Positions 36,501-49,500 of a stretch of DNA of 64,000 nt are shown here, one piece after another. Numbering within the stretch: position 1 is the first letter of the stretch; each line of letters starts with the position of its first letter. Made by a program: the position numbers and the translations under genes. The notes beneath the pieces are model-generated. The model ran no database searches, had not been told where the DNA came from, and saw only the letters and a list, made by a program, of their open reading frames with translations. This DNA is from Eledone cirrhosa (taxonomy: Eukaryota): positions 1,240,001 through 1,304,000 of the forward strand of contig OZ024744.1 of the NCBI GenBank assembly GCA_964016885.1. Reading direction: 5' to 3'.

Positions 36501-37220
36501 TCAAAACTTCGTTCTTCACCAAGCTATCTTTCTCTACCTTGTCTTCCCCCACAACTTCGTTCTTCACCAAGCTATCTTTCTCTACCTTGTCTTCCCCCAA
36601 AACTTCGTTCTTCACCAAGCTATCTTTCTCTAGCTTGTCTTCACACAAAACTTCGTTCTTCACCAAGCTATCTTTCTCTACCTTGTCTTCCCACAAAACG
36701 TCATTCTTCACCAAGCTATCTTTCTCTACCTTGTCTTCCGTCGAAACTTCGTTCTTCACCAATATATCTTTCTCTACCTTGTCTTCCCTCAGAACTTCGT
36801 TCTTCACCAAGCTATCTTTCTCTACCTTGTCTTCCCTCAAAACGTCGTTTTTCACCAAGCTATCTTTCTCTACCTTGTCTTCCCTCAAAACATCGTTCTT
36901 CACCAAGCTATCTTTCTCTACCTTGTCTTCTCCCAAAACTTCGTTATTCACCAAGCTATCTTTCTCTACCTTGTCTTCCCACAAAACGTCATTCTTCACC
37001 AAGCTATCTTTCTCTACCTTGTCTTCCGTCGAAACTTCGTTCTTCACCAATATATCTTTCTCTACCTTGTTTTCTCCCAAAACTTCGTTCTTCACCAAGC
37101 TATCTTTCTCTACCTTGTCTTCCCTCAGAACTTCGTTCTTCACCAAGCTATCTTTCTCTACCTTGTCTTCCCTCAAAACGTCGTTTTTCACCAAGCTATC
37201 TTTCTCTACCTTGTCTTCCC
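27511..37220 (-). repeat. Near-identical 5080-bp tandem duplication (106 monomers): 27511-about 32140 repeated at 32591-about 37220
   Basis: ORF starts 27625/27812/28290/28817/30353/30832/31071 all recur at +5080. 5080=106x48-8. Confidence 0.93.
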
Positions 37221-40200
37221 CCAAAGCTTCGTTCTTCACCAAGCTATCTTTCTCTACCTTGTCTTCACACAAAACTTCGTTCTTCACCAAGCTATCTATT
37301 CTCTACCTTGTCTTCCCTCAAAACGTCGTTCTTCACCAAGCTATCTTTCTCTACCTTGTCTTCCCCCAAAACTTCGTTCTTCACCAAGCTATCTTTCTCT
37401 ACCTTGTCTTCCCCCAAAACTTCGTTCTTCGCAAGCTATCTTTCTCTACCTTGTCTTCCCCCAAAACTTCGTTCTTCACCAAGCTATCTTTCTCTACCTT
37501 GTCTTCCCACAAAACGTCGTTCTTCACCAAGCTATCTTTCTCTACCTTGTCTTCCCTCAAAACGTCGTTCTTCACCAAGCTATCTTTCTCTACCTTGTCT
37601 TCCCTCAAAACATCGTTCTTCACCAAGCTATCTTTCTCTACCTTGTCTTCTCCCAAAACCTCGTTATTCACCAAGCTATCTTTCTCTACCTTGTCTTCCC
37701 CCAAAACTTCGTTGTTCACCAAGCTATCTTTCTCTACCTCGTCTTTCCCCAAAATTTTGTTCTTCACCAAGCTATCTTTCTCTAACTTGTCTTCCCCCAA
37801 AACTTCGTTCTTCACCAAGCTATCTTTCTCTACCTTGTCTTCCGTCAAAACTTCGTTCTTCACCAAGATATCTTTCTCTACATTGTCTTCCCCAAAACTT
37901 CGTTCTTCACCAAGCTATCTTTCTCTACCTTGTCTTCCCTCAAAAAGTCGTTCTTCACCAAGCCCTCTTTCTCTACCTTGTCTTCTCCCAAAACTTCGTT
38001 ATTCACCAAGCTATCTTTCTCTACCTTGTCTTCCCTCAAACCTTCGTTCTTCACCAAGCTATCTTTCTCTACCTTGTCTTCCCACAAAACTTCGTTCTTC
38101 ACCAAGCTATCTTTCTCTACATTGTCTTCCCCAAAACTTCGTTCTTCACCAAGCTATCTTTCTCTACCTTGTCTTCCCCCAAAACTTCGTTGTTCACCAA
38201 GCTATCTTTCTCTACCTCGTCTTCCCCCAAAACTTCGTTCTTCACCAAGCTATCTTTCTCTACCTTGTCTTCCCCCAAAACTTCGTTCTTCACCAAGCTA
38301 TCTTTCTCTACCTTGTCTTCCCACAAAACTTCGTTCTTCACCAAGCTATCTTTCTCTACCTTGTCTTCCCACAAAACGTCGTTCTTCACCAAGCTATCTT
38401 TCTCTACCTTGTCTTCCCTCAAAACTTCGTTCTTCGCCAAGCTATCTTTCTCTACCTTGTCTTCCCCAAAACTTCGTTCTTCACCAAGCTATCTTTCTCT
38501 ACCTTGTCTTCCCTCAAAACTTCGTTCTTCACCAAGCTATCTTTCTCTACCTTGTCTTCACCCAAAACTTCGTTCTTCACCAAGCTATCTTTCTCTACAT
38601 TGTCTTCCCCAAAACTTCGTTCTTCACCAAGCTATCTTTCACGACCTTGTCTTCCCTCAAAACGTCGTTCTTCACCAAGCTATCTTTCTCTACCTTGTCT
38701 TCCCCAAAACTTCGTTCTTCACCAAGCTATCTTTCTCTACCTTGTCTTCCCTCAAAACTTCGTTCTTCACCAAGCTATCTTTCTCTACCTTGTCTTCCCA
38801 CAAAACGTCGTTCTTCACCAAGCTATCTTTCTCTACCTTGTCTTCCCTCAAAACGTCGTTCTTCACCAAGCTATCTTTTTCTACCTTGTCTTCCCTCAAA
38901 ACATCGTTCTTCACCAAGCTATCTTTCTCTACCTTGTCTTCCCTCAAAACTTCGTTCTTCACCAAGCTATCTTTCTCTACCTTGTCTTCCCTCAAAACGT
39001 CGTTCTTCACCAAGCTATCTTTCTCTACCTTGTCTTCCCCCAAAACTTCGTTCTTCACCAAGCTATCTTTCTCTACCTTGTCTTCCCCCAAAACTTCGTT
39101 CTTCGCAAGCTATCTTTCTCTACCTTGTCTTCCCCCAAAACTTCGTTCTTCACCAAGCTATCTTTCTCTACCTTGTCTTCCCATAAAACGTCGTTCTTCA
39201 CCAAGCTATCTTTCTCTACCTTGTCTTCCCTCAAAACGTCGTTCTTCACCAAGCTATCTTTCTCTACCTTGTCTTCCCTCAAAACATCGTTCTTCACCAA
39301 GCTATCTTTCTCTACCTTGTCTTCTCCCAAAACTTCGTTATTCACCAAGCTATCTTTCTCTACCTTGTCTTCCCCCAAAACTTCGTTGTTCACCAAGCTA
39401 TCTTTCTCTACCACGTCTTTCCCCAAAACTTCGTTCTTCACCAAGCTATCTTTCTCTAACTTGTCTTCCCCCAAAACTTCGTTCTTCACCAAGCTATCTT
39501 TCTCTACCTTGTCTTCCGTCAAAACTTCGTTCTTCACCAAGATATCTTTCTCTACATTGTCTTCCCCAAAACTTCGTTCTTCACCAAGCTATTTTTCTCT
39601 ACCTTGTCTTCCCTCAAAAAGTCGTTCTTCACCAAGCTATCTTTCTCTACCTTGTCTTCTCCCAAAACTTCGTTATTCACCAAGCTATCTTTCTCTACCT
39701 TGTCTTCCCTCAAACCTTCGTTCTTCACCAAGCTATCTTTCTCTACCTTGTCTTCCCACAAAACTTCGTTCTTCACCAAGCTATCTTTCTCTACATTGTC
39801 TTCCCCAAAACTTCGTTCTTCACCAAGCTATCTTTCTCTACCTTGTCTTCCCCCAAAACTTCGTTGTTCACCAAGCTATCTTTCTCTACATCGTCTTCCC
39901 CCAAAACTTCGTTCTTCACCAAGCTATCTTTCTCTACCTTGTCTTCCCCCAAAACTTCGTTCTTCACCAAGCTATCTTTCTCTACCTTGTCCTCCCACAA
40001 AACTTCGTTCTTCACCAAGCTATCTTTCTCTACCTTGTCTTCCCACAAAACGTCGTTCTTCACCAAGCTATCTTTCTCTACCTTGTCTTCCCCAAAACTT
40101 CGTTCTTCACCAAGCTATCTTTCTCTACCTTGTCTTCCCTCAAAACTTCGTTCTTCACCAAGCTATCTTTCTCTACCTTGTCTTCACCCAAAACTTCGTT

Positions 40201-41034
40201 CTTCACCAAGCTATCTTTCTCTACATTGTCTTCCCCAAAACTTCGTTCTTCACCAAGCTATCTTTCACGACCTTGTCTTCCCTCAAAACGTCGTTCTTCA
40301 CCAAGCTATCTTTCTCTACGTTGTCTTCCCCCAAAACTTCGTTCTTCACCAAGCTATCTTTCTCTACCTTGTCTTCCCCCAAAACTTCGTTCTTCACCAA
40401 GCTATCTTTCTCTACCTCGTCTTCCCTCAAAACTTCGTTCTTCACCAAGCTATCTTTCTCTACCTTGTCTTCCCCCAAAACTTTGTTCTTCACCAAGCTA
40501 TCTTTCTCTACCTTGTCTTCCCCCAAAACTTCGTTCTTCACCAAGCTATCTTTCTCTACCTTGTCTTCCCCTAAAACTTCGTTCTTCACCAAGCTATCTT
40601 TCTCTAGCTTGTCTTCATACAAAACTTCGTTCTTCACCAAGCTATCTTTCTCTAACTTGTCTTCCCTCAAAACGTCGTTCTTCACCAAGCTATCTTTCTC
40701 TACCTTGTCTTCCCCCAAAACTTCGTTCTTCGCCAAGCTATCTTTCTCTACCTTGTCTTCCCCCAAAACTTCGTTCTTCGCAAGCTATCTTTCTCTACCT
40801 TGTCTTCCCCCAAAACTTCGTTCTTCACCAAGCTATCTTTCTCTACCTTGTCTTCCCACAAAACGTCGTTCTTCACCAAGCTATCTTTCTCTACCTTGTC
40901 TTCCCTCAAAACGTCGTTCTTCACCAAGCTATCTTTCTCTACCTTGTCTTCCCTCAAAACATCGTTCTTCACCAAGCTATCTTTCTCTACCTTGTCTTCT
41001 CCCAAAATTTCGTTCTTCGCCAAGCTATCTTTCT

Positions 41035-44000
41035 CTACCTTGTCTTCCCCCAAAACTTCGTTCTTCGCAAGCTATCTTTCTCTACCTTGTCTTCCCCCAA
41101 AACTTCGTTCTTCACCAAGCTATCTTTCTCTACCTTGTCTTCCCACAAAACGTCGTTCTTCACCAAGCTATCTTTCTCTACCTTGTCTTCCCTCAAAACT
41201 TCGTTCTTCACCAAGCTATCTTTCTCTACCTTGTCTTCCCCCAAAACTTCGTTCTTCACCAAGCTATCTTTCTCTACCTTGTCTTCCCCCAAAACTTCGT
41301 TCTTCACCAAGCTATCTTTCTCTAGCTTGTCTTCACACAAAACTTCGTTCTTCACCAAGCTATCTTTCTCTACCTTGTCTTCCCACAAAACGTCATTCTT
41401 CACCAAGCTATCTTTCTCTACCTTGTCTTCCGTCGAAACTTCGTTCTTCACCAATATATCTTTCTCTACCTTGTCTTCCCTCAGAACTTCGTTCTTCACC
41501 AAGCTATCTTTCTCTACCTTGTCTTCCCTCAAAACGTCGTTTTTCACCAAGCTATCTTTCTCTACCTTGTCTTCCCTCAAAACATCGTTCTTCACCAAGC
41601 TATCTTTCTCTACCTTGTCTTCTCCCAAAACTTCGTTATTCACCAAGCTATCTTTCTCTACCTTGTCTTCCCTCAAAACTTCGTTCTTCACCAAGCTATC
41701 TTTCTCTACCTTGTCTTCCCCCAAAACTTCGTTCTTCACCAAGCTATCTTTCTCTACCTTGTCTTCCCCCAAAACTTCGTTCTTCACCAAGCTATCTTTC
41801 TCTACCTTGTCTTCCCCCAAAACTTCTTTCTACACCAAGTCATCTTTCTCTACCTTGTCATCCCTCAAAACTTCGTTCTTCACCAATCTATCTTTCTCTG
41901 CCTTGTCTTCCCCCAAAACTTCGTTCTTCACCAAGCTATCTTTCTCTACCTTGTCTTCACACAAAACTTCGTTCTTCACCAAGCTATCTATTCTCTACCT
42001 TGTCTTCCCACAAAACGTCATTCTTCACCAAGCTATCTTTCTCTACCTTGTCTTCCGTCAAAACTTCGTTCTTCACCAAGATATCTTTCTCTACCTTGTC
42101 TTCTCCCAAAACTTCGTTCTTCACCAAGCTATCTTTCTCTACCTTGTCGTCCCTCAGAACTTCGTTCTTCACCAAGCTATCTTTCTCTACCTTGTCTTCC
42201 CCCAAAACTTCGTTCTTCACCAAGCTATCTTTCTCTACATTGTCTTCCCCAAAACTTCGTTCTTCACCAAGCTATCTTTCTCTACCTTGTCTTTCATCAA
42301 AACGTCGTTCTTCACCAAGCTCTCTTTCTCTACCTTGTCTTCCCCAAAAACTTCGTTCTTCACCAAGCTATCTTTCTCTACCTTGTCTTCCCCCAAAACT
42401 TCGTTCTTCACCAAGCTATCTTTCTCTACCTTGTCTTCCCACAAAACGTCGTTCTTCACCAAGCTATCTTTCTCTACCTTGTCTTCCCTCAAAACGTCGT
42501 TCTTCACCAAGCTATCTGTTTCTACCTTGTCTTCCCTCAAAACATCGTTCTTCACCAAGCTATCTTTCTCTACCTTGTCTTCCCTCAAAACTTCGTTCTT
42601 CACCAAGCTATCTTTCTCTACCTTGTCTTCCCTCAAAACGTCGTTCTTCACCAAGCTATCTTTCTCTACCTTGTCTTCCCCCAAAACTTCGTTCTTCACC
42701 AAGCTATCTTTCTCTACCTTGTCTTCCCCCAAAGCTTCGTTCTTCGCAAGCTATCTTTCTCTACCTTGTCTTCCCCCAAAACTTCGTTCTTCACCAAGCT
42801 ATCTTTCTCTACCTTGTCTTCCCACAAAACGTCGTTCTTCACCAAGCTATCTTTCTCTACCTTGTCTTCCCTCAAAACGTCGTTCTTCACCAAGCTATCT
42901 TTCTCTACCTTGTCTTCCCTCAAAACATCGTTCTTCACCAAGCTATCTTTCTCTACCGTGTCTTCTCCCAAAACTTCGTTATTCACCAAGCTATCTTTCT
43001 CTACCTTGTCTTCCCCCAAAACTTCGTTCTTCACCAAGCTATCTTTCTCTACCTCGTCTTTCCCCAAAACTTCGTTCTTCACCAAGCTATCTTTCTCTAA
43101 CTTGTCTTCCCCCAAAACTTCGTTCTTCACAAAGCTATCTTTCTCTACCTTGTCTTCCGTCAAAACTTCGTTCTTCACCAAGATATCTTTCTCTACATTG
43201 TCTTCCCCAAAACTTCGTTCTTCACCAAGCTATCTTTCTCTACCTTGTCTTCCCTCAAAAAGTCGTTCTTCACCAAGCTATCTTTCTCTACCTTGTCTTC
43301 TCCCAAAACTTCGTTATTCACCAAGCTATCTTTCTCTACCTTGTCTTCCCTCAAACCTTCGTTCTTCACCAAGCTATCTTTCTCTACCTTGTCTTCCCAC
43401 AAAACTTCGTTCTTCACCAAGCTATCTTTCTCTACATTGTCTTCCCCAAAACTTCGTTCTTCACCAAGCTATCTTTCTCTACCTTGTCTTCCCCCAAAAC
43501 TTCGTTGTTCACCAAGCTATCTTTCTCTACATCGTCTTCCCCCAAAACTTCGTTCTTCACCAAGCTATCTTTCTCTACCTTGTCTTCCCCCAAAACTTCG
43601 TTCTTCACCAAGCTATCTTTCTCTACCTTGTCCTCCCACAAAACTTCGTTCTTCACCAAGCTATCTTTCTCTACCTTGTCTTCCCACAAAACGTCGTTCT
43701 TCACCAAGCTATCTTTCTCTACCTTGTCTTCCCTCAAAACTTCGTTCTTCACCAAGCTATCTTTCTCTACCTTGTCTTCCCCAAAACTTCGTTCTTCACC
43801 AAGCTATCTTTCTCTACCTTGTCTTCCCTCAAAACTTCGTTCTTCACCAAGCTATCTTTCTCTACCTTGTCTTCACCCAAAACTTCGTTCTTCACCAAGC
43901 TATCTTTCTCTACATTGTCTTCCCCAAAACTTCGTTCTTCACCAAGCTATCTTTCACGACCTTGTCTTCCCTCAAAACGTCGTTCTTCACCAAGCTATCT

Positions 44001-47000
44001 TTCTCTACCTTGTCTTCCCCCAAAACTTCGTTCTTCACCAAGCTATCTTTCTCTACCTTGTCTTCCCCCAAAACTTCGTTCTTCACCAAGCTATCTTTCT
44101 CTACCTCGTCTTCCCTCAAAACTTCGTTCTTCACCAAGCTATCTTTCTCTACCTTGTCTTCCCCCAAAACTTTGTTCTTCACCAAGCTATCTTTCTCTAC
44201 CTTGTCTTCCCCCAAAACTTCGTTCTTCACCAAGCTATCTTTCTCTACCTTGTCTTCCCCTAAAACTTCGTTCTTCACCAAGCTATCTTTCTCTAGCTTG
44301 TCTTCATACAAAACTTCGTTCTTCACCAAGCTATCTTTCTCTAACTTGTCTTCCCTCAAAACGTCGTTCTTCACCAAGCTATCTTTCTCTACCTTGTCTT
44401 CCCCCAAAACTTCGTTCTTCGCCAAGCTATCTTTCTCTACCTTGTCTTCCCCCAAAACTTCGTTCTTCGCAAGCTATCTTTCTCTACCTTGTCTTCCCCC
44501 AAAACTTCGTTCTTCACCAAGCTATCTTTCTCTACCTTGTCTTCCCACAAAACGTCGTTCTTCACCAAGCTATCTTTCTCTACCTTGTCTTCCCTCAAAA
44601 CGTCGTTCTTCACCAAGCTATCTTTCTCTACCTTGTCTTCCCTCAAAACATCGTTCTTCACCAAGCTATCTTTCTCTACCTTGTCTTCTCCCAAAACTTC
44701 GTTATTCACCAAGCTATCTTTCTCTACCTTGTCTTCCCTCAAAACTTCGTTCTTCACCAAGCTATCTTTCTCTACCTTGTCTTCCCCCAAAACTTCGTTC
44801 TTCACCAAGCTATCTTTCTCTACCTTGTCTTCCCCCAAAACTTCGTTCTTCACCAAGCTATCTTTCTCTAGCTTGTCTTCACACAAAACTTCGTTCTTCA
44901 CCAAGCTATCTTTCTCTACCTTGTCTTCCCACAAAACGTCATTCTTCACCAAGCTATCTTTCTCTACCTTGTCTTCCCTCGAAACTTCGTTCTTCACCAA
45001 TATATCTTTCTCTACCTTGTCTTCCCTCAGAACTTCGTTCTTCACCAAGCTATCTTTCTCTACCTTGTCTTCCCTCAAAACGTCGTTTTTCACCAAGCTA
45101 TCTTTCTCTACCTTGTCTTCCCTCAAAACATCGTTCTTCACCAAGCTATCTTTCTCTACCTTGTCTTCTCCCAAAACTTCGTTATTCACCAAGCTATCTT
45201 TCTCTACCTTGTCTTCCCTCAAAACTTCGTTCTTCACCAAGCTATCTTTCTCTACCTTGTCTTCCCCCAAAACTTCGTTCTTCACCAAGCTATCTTTCTC
45301 TACCTTGTCTTCCCCCAAAACTTCGTTCTTCACCAAGCTATCTTTCTCTACCTTGTCTTCCCCCAAAACTTCTTTCTACACCAAGTCATCTTTCTCTACC
45401 TTGTCATCCCTCAAAACTTCGTTCTTCACCAATCTATCTTTCTCTGCCTTGTCTTCCCCCAAAACTTCGTTCTTCACCAAGCTATCTTTCTCTACCTTGT
45501 CTTCACACAAAACTTCGTTCTTCACCAAGCTATCTATTCTCTACCTTGTCTTCCCACAAAACGTCATTCTTCACCAAGCTATCTTTCTCTACCTTGTCTT
45601 CCGTCAAAACTTCGTTCTTCACCAAGATATCTTTCTCTACCTTGTCTTCTCCCAAAACTTCGTTCTTCACCAAGCTATCTTTCTCTACCTTGTCGTCCCT
45701 CAGAACTTCGTTCTTCACCAAGCTATCTTTCTCTACCTTGTCTTCCCCCAAAACTTCGTTCTTCACCAAGCTATCTTTCTCTACATTGTCTTCCCCAAAA
45801 CTTCGTTCTTCACCAAGCTATCTTTCTCTACCTTGTCTTTCATCAAAACGTCGTTCTTCACCAAGCTCTCTTTCTCTACCTTGTCTTCCCCAAAAACTTC
45901 GTTCTTCACCAAGCTATCTTTCTCTACCTTGTCTTCCCCCAAAACTTCGTTCTTCACCAAGCTATCTTTCTCTACCTTGTCTTCCCACAAAACGTCGTTC
46001 TTCACCAAGCTATCTTTCTCTACCTTGTCTTCCCTCAAAACGTCGTTCTTCACCAAGCTATCTTTTTCTACCTTGTCTTCCCTCAAAACATCGTTCTTCA
46101 CCAAGCTATCTTTCTCTACCTTGTCTTCCCTCAAAACTTCGTTCTTCACCAAGCTATCTTTCTCTACCTTGTCTTCCCTCAAAACGTCGTTCTTCACCAA
46201 GCTATCTTTCTCTACCTTGTCTTCCCCCAAAACTTCGTTCTTCACCAAGCTATCTTTCTCTACCTTGTCTTCCCCCAAAGCTTCGTTCTTCGCAAGCTAT
46301 CTTTCTCTACCTTGTCTTCCCTCAAAACGTCGTTCTTCACCAAGCTATCTTTCTCTACCTTGTCTTCCCTCAAAACATCGTTCTTCACCAAGCTATCTTT
46401 CTCTACCGTGTCTTCTCCCAAAACTTCGTTATTCACCAAGCTATCTTTCTCTACCTTGTCTTCCCCCAAAACTTCGTTCTTCACCAAGCTATCTTTCTCT
46501 ACCTCGTCTTTCCCCAAAACTTCGTTCTTCACCAAGCTATCTTTCTCCAACTTGTCTTCCCCCAAAACTTCGTTCTTCACCAAGCTATCTTTCTCTACCT
46601 TGTCTTCCGTCAAAACTTCGTTCTTCACCAAGATATCTTTCTCTACATTGTCTTCCCCAAAACTTCGTTCTTCACCAAGCTATCTTTCTCTACCTTGTCT
46701 TCCCTCAAAAAGTCGTTCTTCACCAAGCTATCTTTCTCTACCTTGTCTTCTCCCAAAACTTCGTTATTCACCAAGCTATCTTTCTCTACCTTGTCTTCCC
46801 TCAAACCTTCGTTCTTCACCAAGCTATCTTTCTCTACCTTGTCTTCCCACAAAACTTCGTTCTTCACCAAGCTATCTTTCTCTACATTGTCTTCCCCAAA
46901 ACTTCGTTCTTCACCAAGCTATCTTTCTCTACCTTGTCTTCCCCCAAAACTTCGTTGTTCACCAAGCTATCTTTCTCTACCTCGTCTTCCCCCAAACCTT

Positions 47001-49500
47001 CGTTCTTCACCAAGCTATCTTTCTCTACCTTGTCTTCCCCCAAAACTTCGTTCTTCACCAAGCTATCTTTCTCTACCTTGTCTTCCCACAAAACTTCGTT
47101 CTACACCAAGCTATCTTTCTCTACCTTGTCTTCCCACAAAACGTCGTTCTTCACCAAGCTATCTTTCTCTACCTTGTCTTCCCTCAAAACTTCGTTCTTC
47201 ACCAAGCTATCTTACTCTACCTTGTCTTCCCCAAAACTTCGTTCTTCACCAAGCTATCTTTCTCTACCTTGTCTTCCCTCAGAACTTCGTTCTTCACCAA
47301 GCTATCTTTCTCTACCTTGTCTTCCCTCAAAACGTCGTTTTTCACCAAGCTATCTTTCTCTACCTTGTCTTCCCTCAAAACATCGTTCTTCACCAAGCTA
47401 TCTTTCTCTACCTTGTCTTCTCCCAAAACTTCGTTATTCACCAAGCTATCTTTCTCTACCTTGTCTTCCCTCAAAACTTCGTTCTTCACCAAGCTATCTT
47501 TCTCTACCTTGTCTTCCCCCAAAACTTCGTTCTTCACCAAGCTATCTTTCTCTACCTTGTCTTCCCCCAAAACTTCGTTCTTCACCAAGCTATCTTTCTC
47601 TACCTTGTCTTCCCCCAAAACTTCTTTCTACACCAAGTCATCTTTCTCTACCTTGTCATCCCTCAAAACTTCGTTCTTCACCAATCTATCTTTCTCTGCC
47701 TTGTCTTCCCCCAAAACTTCGTTCTTCACCAAGCTATCTTTCTCTACCTTGTCTTCACACAAAACTTCGTTCTTCACCAAGCTATCTATTCTCTACCTTG
47801 TCTTCCCACAAAACGTCATTCTTCACCAAGCTATCTTTCTCTACCTTGTCTTCCGTCAAAACTTCGTTCTTCACCAAGATATCTTTCTCTACCTTGTCTT
47901 CTCCCAAAACTTCGTTCTTCACCAAGCTATCTTTCTCTACCTTGTCGTCCCTCAGAACTTCGTTCTTCACCAAGCTATCTTTCTCTACCTTGTCTTCCCC
48001 CAAAACTTCGTTCTTCACCAAGCTATCTTTCTCTACATTGTCTTCCCCAAAACTTCGTTCTTCACCAAGCTATCTTTCTCTACCTTGTCTTTCATCAAAA
48101 CGTCGTTCTTCACCAAGCTCTCTTTCTCTACCTTGTCTTCCCCAAAAACTTCGTTCTTCACCAAGCTATCTTTCTCTACCTTGTCTTCCCCCAAAACTTC
48201 GTTCTTCACCAAGCTATCTTTCTCTACCTTGTCTTCCCACAAAACGTCGTTCTTCACCAAGCTATCTTTCTCTACCTTGTCTTCCCTCAAAACGTCGTTC
48301 TTCACCAAGCTATCTTTTTCTACCTTGTCTTCCCTCAAAACATCGTTCTTCACCAAGCTATCTTTCTCTACCTTGTCTTCCCTCAAAACTTCGTTCTTCA
48401 CCAAGCTATCTTTCTCTACCTTGTCTTCCCTCAAAACGTCGTTCTTCACCAAGCTATCTTTCTCTACCTTGTCTTCCCCCAAAACTTCGTTCTTCACCAA
48501 GCTATCTTTCTCTACCTTGTCTTCCCCCAAAGCTTCGTTCTTCGCAAGCTATCTTTCTCTACCTTGTCTTCCCCCAAAACTTCGTTCTTCACCAAGCTAT
48601 CTTTCTCTACCTTGTCTTCCCACAAAACGTCGTTCTTCACCAAGCTATCTTTCTCTACCTTGTCTTCCCTCAAAACGTCGTTCTTCACCAAGCTATCTTT
48701 CTCTACCTTGTCTTCCCTCAAAACATCGTTCTTCACCAAGCTATCTTTCTCTACCTTGTCTTCCCCCAAAACTTCGTTCTTCACCAAGCTATCTTTCTCT
48801 ACCTCGTCTTTCCCCAAAACTTCGTTCTTCACCAAGCTATCTTTCTCTAACTTGTCTTCCCCCAAAACTTCGTTCTTCACCAAGCTATCTTTCTCTACCT
48901 TGTCTTCCGTCAAAACTTCGTTCTTCACCAAGATATCTTTCTCTACATTGTCTTCCCCAAAACTTCGTTCTTCACCAAGCTATCTTTCTCTACCTTGTCT
49001 TCCCTCAAAAAGTCGTTCTTCACCAAGCTATCTTTCTCTACCTTGTCTTCTCCCAAAACTTCGTTATTCACCAAGCTATCTTTCTCTACCTTGTCTTCCC
49101 TCAAACCTTCGTTCTTCACCAAGCTATCTTTCTCTACCTTGTCTTCCCACAAAACTTCGTTCTTCACCAAGCTATCTTTCTCTACATTGTCTTCCCCAAA
49201 ACTTCGTTCTTCACCAAGCTATCTTTCTCTACCTTGTCTTCCCCCAAAACTTCGTTGTTCACCAAGCTATCTTTCTCTACCTCGTCTTCCCCCAAACCTT
49301 CGTTCTTCACCAAGCTATCTTTCTCTACCTTGTCTTCCCCCAAAACTTCGTTCTTCACCAAGCTATCTTTCTCTACCTTGTCTTCCCACAAAACTTCGTT
49401 CTTCACCAAGCTATCTTTCTCTACCTTGTCTTCCCACAAAACGTCGTTCTTCACCAAGCTATCTTTCTCTACCTTGTCTTCCCTCAAAACTTCGTTCTTC
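41035..49500 (-). repeat. Three related HOR units with offsets 3546 bp (74 monomers) and 2252 bp (47 monomers)
   Basis: The 49-mer CTATCTATTCTC and the TTTCATCAAAA monomer block recur at 41984/42235, 45530/45781 and 47782/48033. Confidence 0.87.
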
